DNA of 64,000 nucleotides from Bdellovibrionales bacterium (GTDB taxonomy: Bacteria > Bdellovibrionota > Bdellovibrionia > Bdellovibrionales > JAGQZY01), in assembly GCA_964230645.1 (NCBI GenBank), contig CAXRHT010000001.1:288001-352000 (forward strand). Reading direction: 5' to 3'. The number at the start of each line of letters is the position of its first letter. Positions within the stretch are counted from its first letter, which is position 1. Shown piece by piece: positions 38,076-47,847 of the stretch. A program made the translations under genes and the position numbers. The notes beneath the pieces are model-generated. The model saw only the letters and a program-made list of their open reading frames with translations, was not told where the DNA came from and ran no database searches.

Positions 38076-40730
38076 TTAAAAATCTTGCCGATAAGTTAGA
38101 CCGAAAGTTCGACCAAAAGGACTGTAGAGGTCCGAATTGAGGTAACCGGTTGACTGGTAGTCATAGGATTGTGGACGGTCGGTATCAAAAACATTTTGCA
38201 CCATGAATGCGAAGGTTCCATCCCACGAGGCAGCGTACTGAACGCGAAGATCTAGCTCGGAGTGGTCTCTGGTTTTACCAAAGATACCTGGGTCATCATT
38301 CAAAGCCGCCTTGTTCTGTTCACCAATCGTTCTTACTACAAGTGAGTAATCCCAGGTTCGGTTCCCTAAACCAACTCTGACATTATTTCTCCAGTAAGGG
38401 TTTCCATAGTATCCCAACTGGTTTTCCGAACCGAGTCCTGGAAACTGCTCAACGTCAAGACTTAGCAACAATGAGTGACTCACTCCCGCACGAAGTTTGT
38501 AACTTCCAAAAACAGGAAGAGAATAATCTAGCTGCAAATCAAGTCCACTCACATCCTTAGAGGCAAGGTTGACCGAAGGGGCAATGATTCGCTGAATCTG
38601 ATCGTTTGTTGAGTTACGAATGACATCGAGTCCAAAACTTTGAAGGTATGGACGACCAAAAGCTCTTTCAGCACGGAAAAGATTTCTCATGCCGGTCGGT
38701 GTAGTAACATCAGTCACAACGTTTTCCTGGTGCACACCCCAATAATCAACAACGAAAGATAAGTCTCTTAGAAGCTGGAGGACAAATCCAACGTTATAAG
38801 ACTGTGTTGTTTCTTCTTTAAGATCTGGGTTCCCTCCAACCAACGCTTCAAACTGAGTTTCTTGCCCTGTCACAGGATCACTTCCAAAAGGAAAGCCTGT
38901 TGTTTGAGTTTGGTAAAGGTCTTGTAAAGAAGGAGCGCGGTATCCCGTTCCAAAGGACCCTCTGAAAAGGAGAGCTTGAATAGGTTTGTAACGAAGACCG
39001 AGCTTAGGGTTGAAGGTTGAACCAAAATCGGAATAATTATCAAAACGACCAGCTAGCTGCACTTCCATTCCAGTGAAAGGCGGTAAGGCGAACTCGACAT
39101 AAGCTGACTGAATGTCTCGGCGGCCTTGCCCCACAGCCGAAGCTCCTCCACCCCACTGGGCACCGGAACCGGTGATTAAATCGTTAGTCTGCTCATAAGT
39201 TTGCCAGGCGTTTTGCGCTCCGACGGCCATACTTAAAGGACCCGCTGGCAGATTAAACAATTCTCCGGTCGCCTGAGCAACAACAGTCGACATTGATGAC
39301 TTAATTATATCTTGTGGCTGATAGGCCGCTGAACTAACGTCGTCTTTGTTGTTCGGAGCTGCGAAGGGATTAAAATCTCCTGATTGAACAAGATTAAAAA
39401 GAATCTGTTTATTGTAATAACCCTGCACACCTCTATTGGTTGTTGAAGAGGCACCATGAGTGGCGGCCACTTCCCACTCCCAAGTATCAGACATATAGCC
39501 CTCAACTCCAGTTTGTAAGGCGAAACTGTCACTGACAACTTCAGAAACTCTTGGTCCACCTTCTCCGACCAAACGATATCTAACATAGGCCAAATCATCG
39601 TTAGCACTGAGGCCCCAACCTTGAGCCGTGGCTTGATCAATTTCAGTGTTCAAACCACCTGTTGCCGTGTCATCGCGAAACTGATCCGGTGGTGGTGCCA
39701 ATTGGCTGGTAACATCACGGTGGGTGTAAATACCACGAGCATAGGTGTTTAAAGATTCATTAATTTCATAGTTCCCCGACAACAAGGCACTGTACTGATC
39801 AATGGATGGAGTAATTTGTGAATAAGGCGAATAGTCAAACCCACAAAAACGACTCACCGGCTGACCATCGGGTTGAATTTCAAATATTCGACCAGCAGGA
39901 CAGGGGTCATTTCCGCCACCAGCTTGCGTTCCTGTACTCGGATCTTTATCCAACCAGTTACCTGGGCTACTGCGCGTACTGAAATCTTTTAGTAAAGGTT
40001 GTGCGTAATCATAGTCACGACTCCAAGTCTCCTCATTCGAACGATATTGAAGGACCCCAAGAAAAGAGCCTTTATTAAAAGTTTTACCATAACTGGCTTT
40101 AATATCGTTTCTCATCCCACCGGGACTATCAGGCACAAAAGAGCCTAGCTCGATAGAAGCTCCATCATAATTCTTTTTGGTGATAACGTTTATCACACCA
40201 CCAAGAGCATCGGATCCGTAAGTGGCTGATGCACCATCTTTTAGGATTTCAATTCTCTCAACTGCTGCCATTGGAATCAACGAAAGGTCCACGGAAGTTC
40301 CCCCTCCGATGGTAGGCAGCCTTTTTCCATCCATGAGGACTAGAATTCTCTCGGCACCAAACCCCCTTAAAGAAGTTGTGGATGCTCCTGTCGCTGCCCC
40401 TCCCTGTAACGAGGTTTCGCGATAACCACCAAAACTCGCAACGGTTGTGTCTCGAAGCACATCTCCGACGTTATTAAAACCTGACTTATCAAGATACTCG
40501 CGATCCAAAGTCAAAACAGGTGAAGGACCCTCAACATCGATTCGTTTAATGTGGGAACCAGTCACTTGAATTTTTTCTACTCCAGCGCCAGAAGACTGCG
40601 TCTGTGGCTCTTCTTCTTGCACCTCTGTGGTATCGGCATCGACTGTTGAAGTGGTTTCCGTTTCTTGCGCGAGCAAATTTGTTGGAAATAAGAACATTCC
40701 CAAAATTAAAATCAGCGTTTTAATCATCAT
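38076..40730 (-). CDS. TonB-dependent receptor 1
   Basis: TonB-box-like EKIQVTGS, plug motif VERIEILKDGASATYGSDALGGVIN and a C-terminal F. Confidence 0.93.
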   Translation of the reverse strand: MMIKTLILILGMFLFPTNLLAQETETTSTVDADTTEVQEEEPQTQSSGAGVEKIQVTGSHIKRIDVEGPSPVLTLDREYLDKSGFNNVGDVLRDTTVASFGGYRETSLQGGAATGASTTSLRGFGAERILVLMDGKRLPTIGGGTSVDLSLIPMAAVERIEILKDGASATYGSDALGGVINVITKKNYDGASIELGSFVPDSPGGMRNDIKASYGKTFNKGSFLGVLQYRSNEETWSRDYDYAQPLLKDFSTRSSPGNWLDKDPSTGTQAGGGNDPCPAGRIFEIQPDGQPVSRFCGFDYSPYSQITPSIDQYSALLSGNYEINESLNTYARGIYTHRDVTSQLAPPPDQFRDDTATGGLNTEIDQATAQGWGLSANDDLAYVRYRLVGEGGPRVSEVVSDSFALQTGVEGYMSDTWEWEVAATHGASSTTNRGVQGYYNKQILFNLVQSGDFNPFAAPNNKDDVSSAAYQPQDIIKSSMSTVVAQATGELFNLPAGPLSMAVGAQNAWQTYEQTNDLITGSGAQWGGGASAVGQGRRDIQSAYVEFALPPFTGMEVQLAGRFDNYSDFGSTFNPKLGLRYKPIQALLFRGSFGTGYRAPSLQDLYQTQTTGFPFGSDPVTGQETQFEALVGGNPDLKEETTQSYNVGFVLQLLRDLSFVVDYWGVHQENVVTDVTTPTGMRNLFRAERAFGRPYLQSFGLDVIRNSTNDQIQRIIAPSVNLASKDVSGLDLQLDYSLPVFGSYKLRAGVSHSLLLSLDVEQFPGLGSENQLGYYGNPYWRNNVRVGLGNRTWDYSLVVRTIGEQNKAALNDDPGIFGKTRDHSELDLRVQYAASWDGTFAFMVQNVFDTDRPQSYDYQSTGYLNSDLYSPFGRTFGLTYRQDF

Positions 40731-41029
40731 CTGTACCCCATCGAAAAATTAATGAAAAATTGACGTTTCCTTAAAGATTCCGCCCCGAGGTGATTTTCTA
40801 AGCCATTCAGAGAAAATCACTCAAACAAAAAACAGGTGATACCAGGCGTTAACTACAGGTTTTAAGTCAGGATCTAAAATTACGCCCCGCTCTTGCTCAA
40901 TATAGGAGCAACGTTGCCGCTTTCATTGTTTTATTTTTGTTCAATTCCATGGACCTTTCTCATCACTGAGTTGACCCTTTCCGCCCATGAGAGGTAGGTA
41001 CTTCCTAAAAATGCGCTAGGAGATCTAAG

Positions 41030-41566
41030 ATGTTTAAAAAAATTGCCCTTGTACTAAGCTTTGTTTTATCCGCCCAAACCGGAAATAGTGCTTTTCTTTT
41101 TAGTCCATCAATTACCCATATGGAGCACAGTGAAGAGACCGCTAATAACCCTGAAAGAAATGTAAAGATGACCCTTATTGATTTGCGTCTTGGATATCTA
41201 ATGGATTTTGGACTTTATTTAGGTGGGCTCTACTCCTTACAAGACTACGAACTCTTGAGAGATTCTTCGGATTCTTTTTTTGGCCCGAGTGTGGGTTATT
41301 TTAACTCCGGTTTTTTCGCGGCCTTAACTTATTATCTCTATGGAGAGAGAGACCTTACTAATGGTAGCGGAAAATATTCTGATGTTTCCGGTTACCAAAT
41401 CGACATCTCTTATTCCGTTCCTGTTGCAGAAAACATTTTAATGGGCCCGCAACTGACTTATCACAATTACGAGTTTGGGGATTTTCAACAAAATGGCAAC
41501 TCATCTTCTACAGAATATAAATACTCTGGACTGACGCCCTATTTCAATCTGACTTTCATATTTTAA
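41030..41566 (+). CDS. Small outer-membrane beta-barrel protein
   Basis: Signal peptide, about 8 amphipathic strands and C-terminal LTFIF. Confidence 0.7.
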   Translation: MFKKIALVLSFVLSAQTGNSAFLFSPSITHMEHSEETANNPERNVKMTLIDLRLGYLMDFGLYLGGLYSLQDYELLRDSSDSFFGPSVGYFNSGFFAALTYYLYGERDLTNGSGKYSDVSGYQIDISYSVPVAENILMGPQLTYHNYEFGDFQQNGNSSSTEYKYSGLTPYFNLTFIF

Positions 41567-41627
41567 AAAAGCTTTTATAATTGTGGCTAATAAGCTTACT
41601 TTCGTTTCTTTGAAATCTTTCAAAGCA

Positions 41628-41665
41628 AATAAAAAAAAGCCTGGTTTGACCAGGCTTTTTTTATT
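41628..41665. terminator. Bidirectional intrinsic terminator
   Basis: A8-GCCTGGT-ttg-ACCAGGC-T7 between convergent genes. Confidence 0.85.
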
Positions 41666-41684
41666 CGCAATTTCAATTTCTACT

Positions 41685-44246
41685 TTAGAAGTCGTTACGA
41701 TAGGTAAAATAGAAAGTCTCCGTCGGACGGAAAAGTGTGGTGTCAATGGTTTGCTCCACACTAAATCTGGGACGAATGTTACCAAGGTTAATCACACCCA
41801 ACTGGAATTCCCCAGCGTAGTCATGAGTGTAGGTTGCGGCAACATCGAACTGAGTGGGCGAGGGTATACTCTTTAGGTTCTGACTAATATTACCGGACTC
41901 GAGCATGTCCGCTGTCGAACGTGCGAGCACGAAACCACCCCAACGGCCCTGTTTGTAGTTAATGCTAAAGTTATTTCTCCAACGAGGAAGACCTTGTCGA
42001 CCAACAATATCCTCACGTCCATAAAGATCGACGAACTCTTGATAGAAATGAAACATATAGGACAGTTGATTGTTAAATGTGAATTTACCGATACCTGTGT
42101 CCAATCGGTAATTGGCGTCAAAATCTAAGCCTTCAGCCTCCTGAGTACCAAGGTTTTGAAGAGTGTAGATAATTCTTTGAATTTCTCCTGTAGGATCATC
42201 GTTTTGTCGGATGATCTGCACACCGTAGTTGGCTAAAACCCCGGGACCAAAATCATCTTCGATTCTCAGTGCTTGCGAGAAGGCAGAGCCGATTACATCC
42301 TCAACTTTTACCCGCCAGTAATCGAACCCAAGTGAGAAATTCTCTGTGGGCTGAACGACTGTCCCGAAGTTAAGAGATAAAGAAGTCTCCTCTTCAAGAT
42401 TAGGATTAAGAGATTGACTGGCTGTTGTCGATTTAAGAGCACAATCCTGTATGCCAGGATCTCCACAGCGAAGCGGGTCTCTAAAGTTGTTATAAAATCC
42501 TTCCAAAGAAGTGTTCATCTGTTGCAATGTTGGGGCTTGGAACCCTGTTCCAGCAGAAGCTCTAAAGGTTAACCACTTAAAAGGTTGGTACCTGGTGGCA
42601 AGTTTGGGATTAATGGTCGACCCGAAATCAGAATAAAAGTCGCCCCTTAAAGAAAGCTGAACTTCAAAGTTAGTAGCCATTAAACCACTTAACTCAGTGA
42701 ACAAAGCATAAAGCTCACGACCGGCACTGCCTGTTACTCCGGATTGCCCCATCGCATCGCCTTCAAGGAAAATGGCTGAACGATGATCGGAATATTCAAA
42801 GTGAGCGGCAGATACACCGAAGGCAGAGGCCCAATCAAAACCAAGAAAGCTTCCTAGCGAACCATTTGTTTTGAACTCCGCCCAGTTAACCATGTAACGG
42901 TTTCGGTTAAAAGTGTCTGCACCAATACCTGAAACATCCTGCTGAGCCGGATTAAATGGGTCGTAGGCGCCGTTAACGACAGCTTCTTTAGTGGCAGAAA
43001 ATCGCCCAACGTTTTCCTCAGTGTCAGTGATTGTGTTGATTTGGTTGTTCAATGTGGCATCCCACTGCCAGTCGGAATTGCCGAAGTAACCTTTGAGGCC
43101 AGTGATTAAACCAGCGTAATAGTTTTGGGTTGTTTCTTTGTTTACAAGGTTATCCATGCGGTGAAAGACTTTCGTGTCTCCCCCGGTATAACCGGGTAGA
43201 GAATTCCAAGTGGTTGGACTCTCGGCACCTGTGAAACTGATTCCAGAGCCCACTCCTGGCTCGAGAAATACCACTGGACTACGAGACTGTGTTCGCCCGT
43301 ATCCCGTTATAAGAGTGGTATAAAACTCGGTATCGCTAGTAATATCATGAGAGTATTGAGTCACCCAATCAAATCCGTAGGCTGGGTCAGAGATGAAACG
43401 GCTACGATCAGCATCGGCACATTGACCAAAATCATTGAATCGTTGGCAATTAGGTCCGGGCCTAAGATTCTCAGCGTCATCAAAGTAGTTGGTTGCATAA
43501 ACTGGAGTAGCGAACAAGGAAAGCCCGCTGTAATCTCTATCGGAAACTCGGTCCCCTTGAACATAGTTAGCCTGAATCGCTGTCAGAAAATTGGAATCGG
43601 AAGTTTGAGTTCCATAGGCGAGTGAAAGACGATTGGAATCACTACCGTTCTGATTCGTCATATTATATTGATTCGCAAACGCTAACCCATCAATGTCTTT
43701 TCGAGTGATAATGTTTACAACCCCTCCCAAAGCATCGGATCCATATGTAGCCGAAGCCCCGTCTTTTAAGATTTCAATTCTATCCACTGCAGCCAAAGGC
43801 ACGAGGTTTGTGCTAACAGCACCTGTAGAATAACTGCTTCCTTCGGCTGGTGCTCTTTGACCGTTAATGAGAATCAGGGTTTTCGCAGAACCGAGTCCTC
43901 TTAAATTGACAGTGACGCCATCACTTCCAAAAGGACTGGCTGTGGACTGCCTCAAAACAGCTCCGACTGAGTTCATACCTGAGGCCTCAATTTCAGCCCT
44001 ATCAATGACAACAACAGGGGATGGCCCCTCTATATCGGTTCTTCGAATATGGGAACCTGTAACTTCGATCTTTTCGACGTTGGACCTTGCGGGAGTGGTG
44101 TCTTGGTCTTCGACCGGTTCGACTTCCACAGCCGTTTCTTCTTGTGTAACAGTGTTTGCATCAGAATCTGTGTCGTCTGTCGACTGAGCCAGAGAAAAAA
44201 CTGGCATCGAAAGAGCAAAAACGAGCACTAACTTTATATAACCCAT
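41685..44246 (-). CDS. TonB-dependent receptor 2
   Basis: EKIEVTGSHIRR, VDRIEILKDGASATYGSDALGGVVN and C-terminal YRNDF. Confidence 0.93.
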   Translation of the reverse strand: MGYIKLVLVFALSMPVFSLAQSTDDTDSDANTVTQEETAVEVEPVEDQDTTPARSNVEKIEVTGSHIRRTDIEGPSPVVVIDRAEIEASGMNSVGAVLRQSTASPFGSDGVTVNLRGLGSAKTLILINGQRAPAEGSSYSTGAVSTNLVPLAAVDRIEILKDGASATYGSDALGGVVNIITRKDIDGLAFANQYNMTNQNGSDSNRLSLAYGTQTSDSNFLTAIQANYVQGDRVSDRDYSGLSLFATPVYATNYFDDAENLRPGPNCQRFNDFGQCADADRSRFISDPAYGFDWVTQYSHDITSDTEFYTTLITGYGRTQSRSPVVFLEPGVGSGISFTGAESPTTWNSLPGYTGGDTKVFHRMDNLVNKETTQNYYAGLITGLKGYFGNSDWQWDATLNNQINTITDTEENVGRFSATKEAVVNGAYDPFNPAQQDVSGIGADTFNRNRYMVNWAEFKTNGSLGSFLGFDWASAFGVSAAHFEYSDHRSAIFLEGDAMGQSGVTGSAGRELYALFTELSGLMATNFEVQLSLRGDFYSDFGSTINPKLATRYQPFKWLTFRASAGTGFQAPTLQQMNTSLEGFYNNFRDPLRCGDPGIQDCALKSTTASQSLNPNLEEETSLSLNFGTVVQPTENFSLGFDYWRVKVEDVIGSAFSQALRIEDDFGPGVLANYGVQIIRQNDDPTGEIQRIIYTLQNLGTQEAEGLDFDANYRLDTGIGKFTFNNQLSYMFHFYQEFVDLYGREDIVGRQGLPRWRNNFSINYKQGRWGGFVLARSTADMLESGNISQNLKSIPSPTQFDVAATYTHDYAGEFQLGVINLGNIRPRFSVEQTIDTTLFRPTETFYFTYRNDF

Positions 44247-44624
44247 ATGACCTCCATGAAGCGCAGGATATTAGGGCCAAAGTCCTGGAAAACAATCAGT
44301 TAATGTGACGCGTTATTACCTTTTTTTAGTCGGCCCCATCAGTCCTGCTAACGACGAAGAGGTGAAATACTCATAATTTTGATCTGAAGACAAACAATTT
44401 CATATTCTTAAAAATATGCGTAATTTAAGAAGGTTTCAGAAGAGGCCTCAGGCTGCTAATGCCTCTTTTTTTAACCACTCTAGGATTTCCGCAGGACTAA
44501 CCAAAAACTAACACACCCATCTTACATGGGACCTTTACCTATCCCCCCCATTAATATAATGTGCGGATTCTCAAATATCAGATCCTAGAGTCTTTAAGGA
44601 TGTCGGTGCACACGAGGGGGAAAG

Positions 44625-47273
44625 ATGGCGGTTCGATTGATCTTTAGTTTAGTGATGGTTTTACTCCTAGCAGGAGAGGCCTTTGGGCAAAATGACCCGG
44701 ACGTGGTTCAGCCCAACGATTTGAATACAAAATTAGAAATTGAAGAAGAAAAACCTAAAGAAGAAGTGAAAGTCGACTCGGAATTTGAACGCACTCAGTC
44801 CGCAAAAAATGTAGAGAAAATTCAAGTCACAGGATCCTATGTGCGTCGAATCGACATTGAGGGACCAAGTCCTGTATTTACAGTGGAAAAAGAGGATTTT
44901 GAAAAAGCCGGAGTCAATACCGTCACCGATTATCTTCGTGAAAATTCCATGTTCACAGGAGCTGAGAACAACGGAAACAGAGATGGTTATTTTCGTTTTC
45001 GCGGACAGCACGCTGGAAGCACCTTGATTCTTCTTAATGGCCTAAGAGTACCAAAGCTTGGAGGTCCTGATCGCGGTTTTTACAACGGAGTTGAGGCCAT
45101 CCCTACAAACATCATCGAAAGAGTGGAAATCCTTAAAGATGGAAGCTCCGCCCTATATGGTTCCGACGCCATGGCCGGAGTGATGAACTTTATCACTCGA
45201 AAAGATTACGATGGCGCCGAGTATTCAAACCGAGTGATTGTACCGGAAATCAATAAGGGTCTTGAACAGCAGCACTCCATTGCCTTTGGTAAAAGTTATT
45301 CCAACGCCAACTGGTTTGCCACGGCTCAATATGTGGAACAAAGAGGCTATACCGAGGCCGACGCTGGGAACTACTACACCGTCCCCACCACCCGTGCCGC
45401 TTCAAACTCTAACATTACGACATTCAATAGTGATGGAGAATTTGATAGCAACCAACGCTTTGAAGCCTCTTGTGGCCCCAACGCTCAGGAGTGCGAAACC
45501 GATTTTCGTTATGTCGATATGGTTCGTGATCCCAGAGAAAACTTAGGAACCCTTCTTTCAGGGCGCGTGGACTTAACACCGGATATTTCGGTGAGTGCAC
45601 TGGCGATGTACAATCGCCGCAAACGTATGGACTACGGGCGACCCGCGTTTATCAATTACTCTCAAAACGAAGGTTATAACCGCATTCCTATATCAGAGCT
45701 TGGTTCCACAGAACTTCAAAGCTCTTTATCTGGAGACACCATTGAACTGAGTGCTCTCCCCTTTGATGAGGTGGGACCTGAGAACATTGCAGTCCTACAA
45801 AACTCTTATTCAGCACAAGCCAAAATTGAAGGCTACTATTTAGACACATGGAAATGGGACCTCTCTAGTGCTTACGCCTACTCTCTAGAAGAGCGCAATC
45901 ATAGAAATGGTCTTGTTGATATGGGCGAAGTTCGTGGCGCTCTAGTGAATGGGTGGAATCCCGCAAACATTGGACCACAGAACACCGGTGTTTTAAATTC
46001 CGCGCGAGTTCAAGGTGTGGAAGCTTATGAAGCCTCACTTGCCACAGCCCGCTTTCTCACAACAGGTGAACTTTTTGAGATGAATGATGTCTGGGGAACA
46101 GGTGGCCCAGTTTCCATGGCCATCGGAGTGGAAGGACAGTGGGAGACAACCGCTGACGCTCACGACGACATTCTTATCGAAACTGATACCAATAATAACT
46201 TCCTACCCAACCAACAAGGCTCACGAACAGTGAGTTCGTTTTTCACAGAGTTTGTGATGTATCCTCTCAATAGTGTTGAGCTTCAAATGGCGGGGCGCTA
46301 CGACGGATACTCTGATTGGGGTGGAACTTTTAATCCTAAAATCTCTGTGGGCTATCGCCCTTCAAGAAAGGTTCTATTGCGATCCTCTTGGGGCACAAAC
46401 TTTAATGCTCCCAGTGTTCGAAATATGATCCAACGAGATGAGATCTCCTACGAGAGGTTTCGTTTATGCGATCAGAGTGATCCTAATTGCCAAGACCAAA
46501 CTGTTGGAGTGACTCGCTACCGTGACCCTAGCCTCTCACCAGAAGAAGGAGTGAACTATAACTTCGGCACGGTTATCCAACCCGACAAGCGTTGGACCTT
46601 CACGATTGACCAATGGAACTTTGAGGGATCAAACACAATCTCAGCCGTTTCTTCTGGCGCCTACAGCGCTATTTACAATCAAATTTATAATGGCAGCACA
46701 CCAGAGTCTGACGCCGCTTTTGAAGATTTGGGAGTAGAGATTCAAAGAGATGCTCAAGGAGAATTGATTTCAGCACGTATCCCTGCAGTCACCAATATGG
46801 GTGAGAGAACCATCCGTGGTCTTGACCTTAACGTGAACTTTAACAGTCCTGTTCGCCTTCTAGGAAAGGTGGTTCGTTTAGGACTCGGAATGAATCACAC
46901 CCATATGTTGAGTTATAAAACCAGAACAGCCCCGCAATTGGATTTTTATTACCGCGAAGACCTTGAGTGGAAAAACACTTTAAGCACGTCTCTTTCCACA
47001 AAAAATCATTCTTACCGATTGGCGGCCCGTACTCTCGCCGGAGACACAGTGGCAAGAGCCTCCATCCGTACGCACACGGAGTATGATTTCAATTACAATT
47101 TCGCTATTCCTTGGTGGTCTGGAAAGTTAGCTCTAGGAGTTAAGAACTTACTCAACACTCGCCCACCTGTGGATCGTGGAAGTAACTTGGTTGATTTTAC
47201 CCAAGGATTTAACTCATACGCCTTCCAAGCACTTGGGCGCCGTTATTATGTTGGCTACAGCCACAGCTTTTAA
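44625..47273 (+). CDS. TonB-dependent receptor 3
   Basis: EKIQVTGSYVRR, IERVEILKDGSSALYGSDAMAGVMN and C-terminal YSHSF. Confidence 0.93.
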   Translation: MAVRLIFSLVMVLLLAGEAFGQNDPDVVQPNDLNTKLEIEEEKPKEEVKVDSEFERTQSAKNVEKIQVTGSYVRRIDIEGPSPVFTVEKEDFEKAGVNTVTDYLRENSMFTGAENNGNRDGYFRFRGQHAGSTLILLNGLRVPKLGGPDRGFYNGVEAIPTNIIERVEILKDGSSALYGSDAMAGVMNFITRKDYDGAEYSNRVIVPEINKGLEQQHSIAFGKSYSNANWFATAQYVEQRGYTEADAGNYYTVPTTRAASNSNITTFNSDGEFDSNQRFEASCGPNAQECETDFRYVDMVRDPRENLGTLLSGRVDLTPDISVSALAMYNRRKRMDYGRPAFINYSQNEGYNRIPISELGSTELQSSLSGDTIELSALPFDEVGPENIAVLQNSYSAQAKIEGYYLDTWKWDLSSAYAYSLEERNHRNGLVDMGEVRGALVNGWNPANIGPQNTGVLNSARVQGVEAYEASLATARFLTTGELFEMNDVWGTGGPVSMAIGVEGQWETTADAHDDILIETDTNNNFLPNQQGSRTVSSFFTEFVMYPLNSVELQMAGRYDGYSDWGGTFNPKISVGYRPSRKVLLRSSWGTNFNAPSVRNMIQRDEISYERFRLCDQSDPNCQDQTVGVTRYRDPSLSPEEGVNYNFGTVIQPDKRWTFTIDQWNFEGSNTISAVSSGAYSAIYNQIYNGSTPESDAAFEDLGVEIQRDAQGELISARIPAVTNMGERTIRGLDLNVNFNSPVRLLGKVVRLGLGMNHTHMLSYKTRTAPQLDFYYREDLEWKNTLSTSLSTKNHSYRLAARTLAGDTVARASIRTHTEYDFNYNFAIPWWSGKLALGVKNLLNTRPPVDRGSNLVDFTQGFNSYAFQALGRRYYVGYSHSF

Positions 47274-47288
47274 TTCTTAAAACATTTT

Positions 47289-47675
47289 TTAGCTATTTTG
47301 TTCTTGGCAAACAGTCTTGCACTGTTTGCCAAGGCTTTCACACTGTTCCATACAAACTGAAGAGAACGACTGACAGCTGCTGACTTCGTTTTCGCTGTAA
47401 ACTTCTTTCATTTTTTGAGAGAGCAGCTCCAAACCCTTTTCATTTTGACATTGGGTCTGACAACTTTCTCGCCCCATGCATTTAACATTACAAGGTGTTT
47501 CGTAGCCATCATAACCCATATGAAAAGCGGTATAGAGTTTATAGCGCAGTGCTGAGAGGGAATAATCTTTTGAACTTGGACAGCGGTCTTTAGAAAAAGC
47601 TGGAAAGCTAAATAGAACACTAAAAAGTGTTGTTATTATTAAACCTCTCCCCTGTTTGCCGAGCATTTTCTTCAT
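47289..47675 (-). CDS. Secreted Cys-rich small protein
   Basis: Signal peptide ending PAFS; 10 Cys in the mature part with CxxxC spacing. Confidence 0.65.
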   Translation of the reverse strand: MKKMLGKQGRGLIITTLFSVLFSFPAFSKDRCPSSKDYSLSALRYKLYTAFHMGYDGYETPCNVKCMGRESCQTQCQNEKGLELLSQKMKEVYSENEVSSCQSFSSVCMEQCESLGKQCKTVCQEQNS

Positions 47676-47847
47676 ACGTCCCCCTATTTTGACCGAAACT
47701 TTTAAAAGCTTCAGGAAAAAAGTCGGGAGAACTTACCAAAGTATTGAGAGATTTCTCAGTACGACTCACTTTCTTCTCAACTCGGAACAGAGAACTAGAC
47801 CTTTGCTTAAAGGTTTTACGAAATTAACTTCAAAAGGATCAACTCTC

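Noticed and set aside
41583..41876. 97-aa ORF and the 94-aa antisense ORF
   Set aside because: They run through a bidirectional terminator and overlap receptor 2.
44341..44380. Hammerhead-like look of GACGAAGAGGTGAAATACTC
   Set aside because: It lacks the CUGANGA...GAAA core and the three-stem arrangement.
40731..44624. Cobalamin riboswitch or Fur box upstream of the receptors, suggested by the nearby B12-dependent mutase
   Set aside because: I could not find a B12-box or a GATAATGATAATCATTATC-like sequence by eye in 40731-41029 or 44247-44624.
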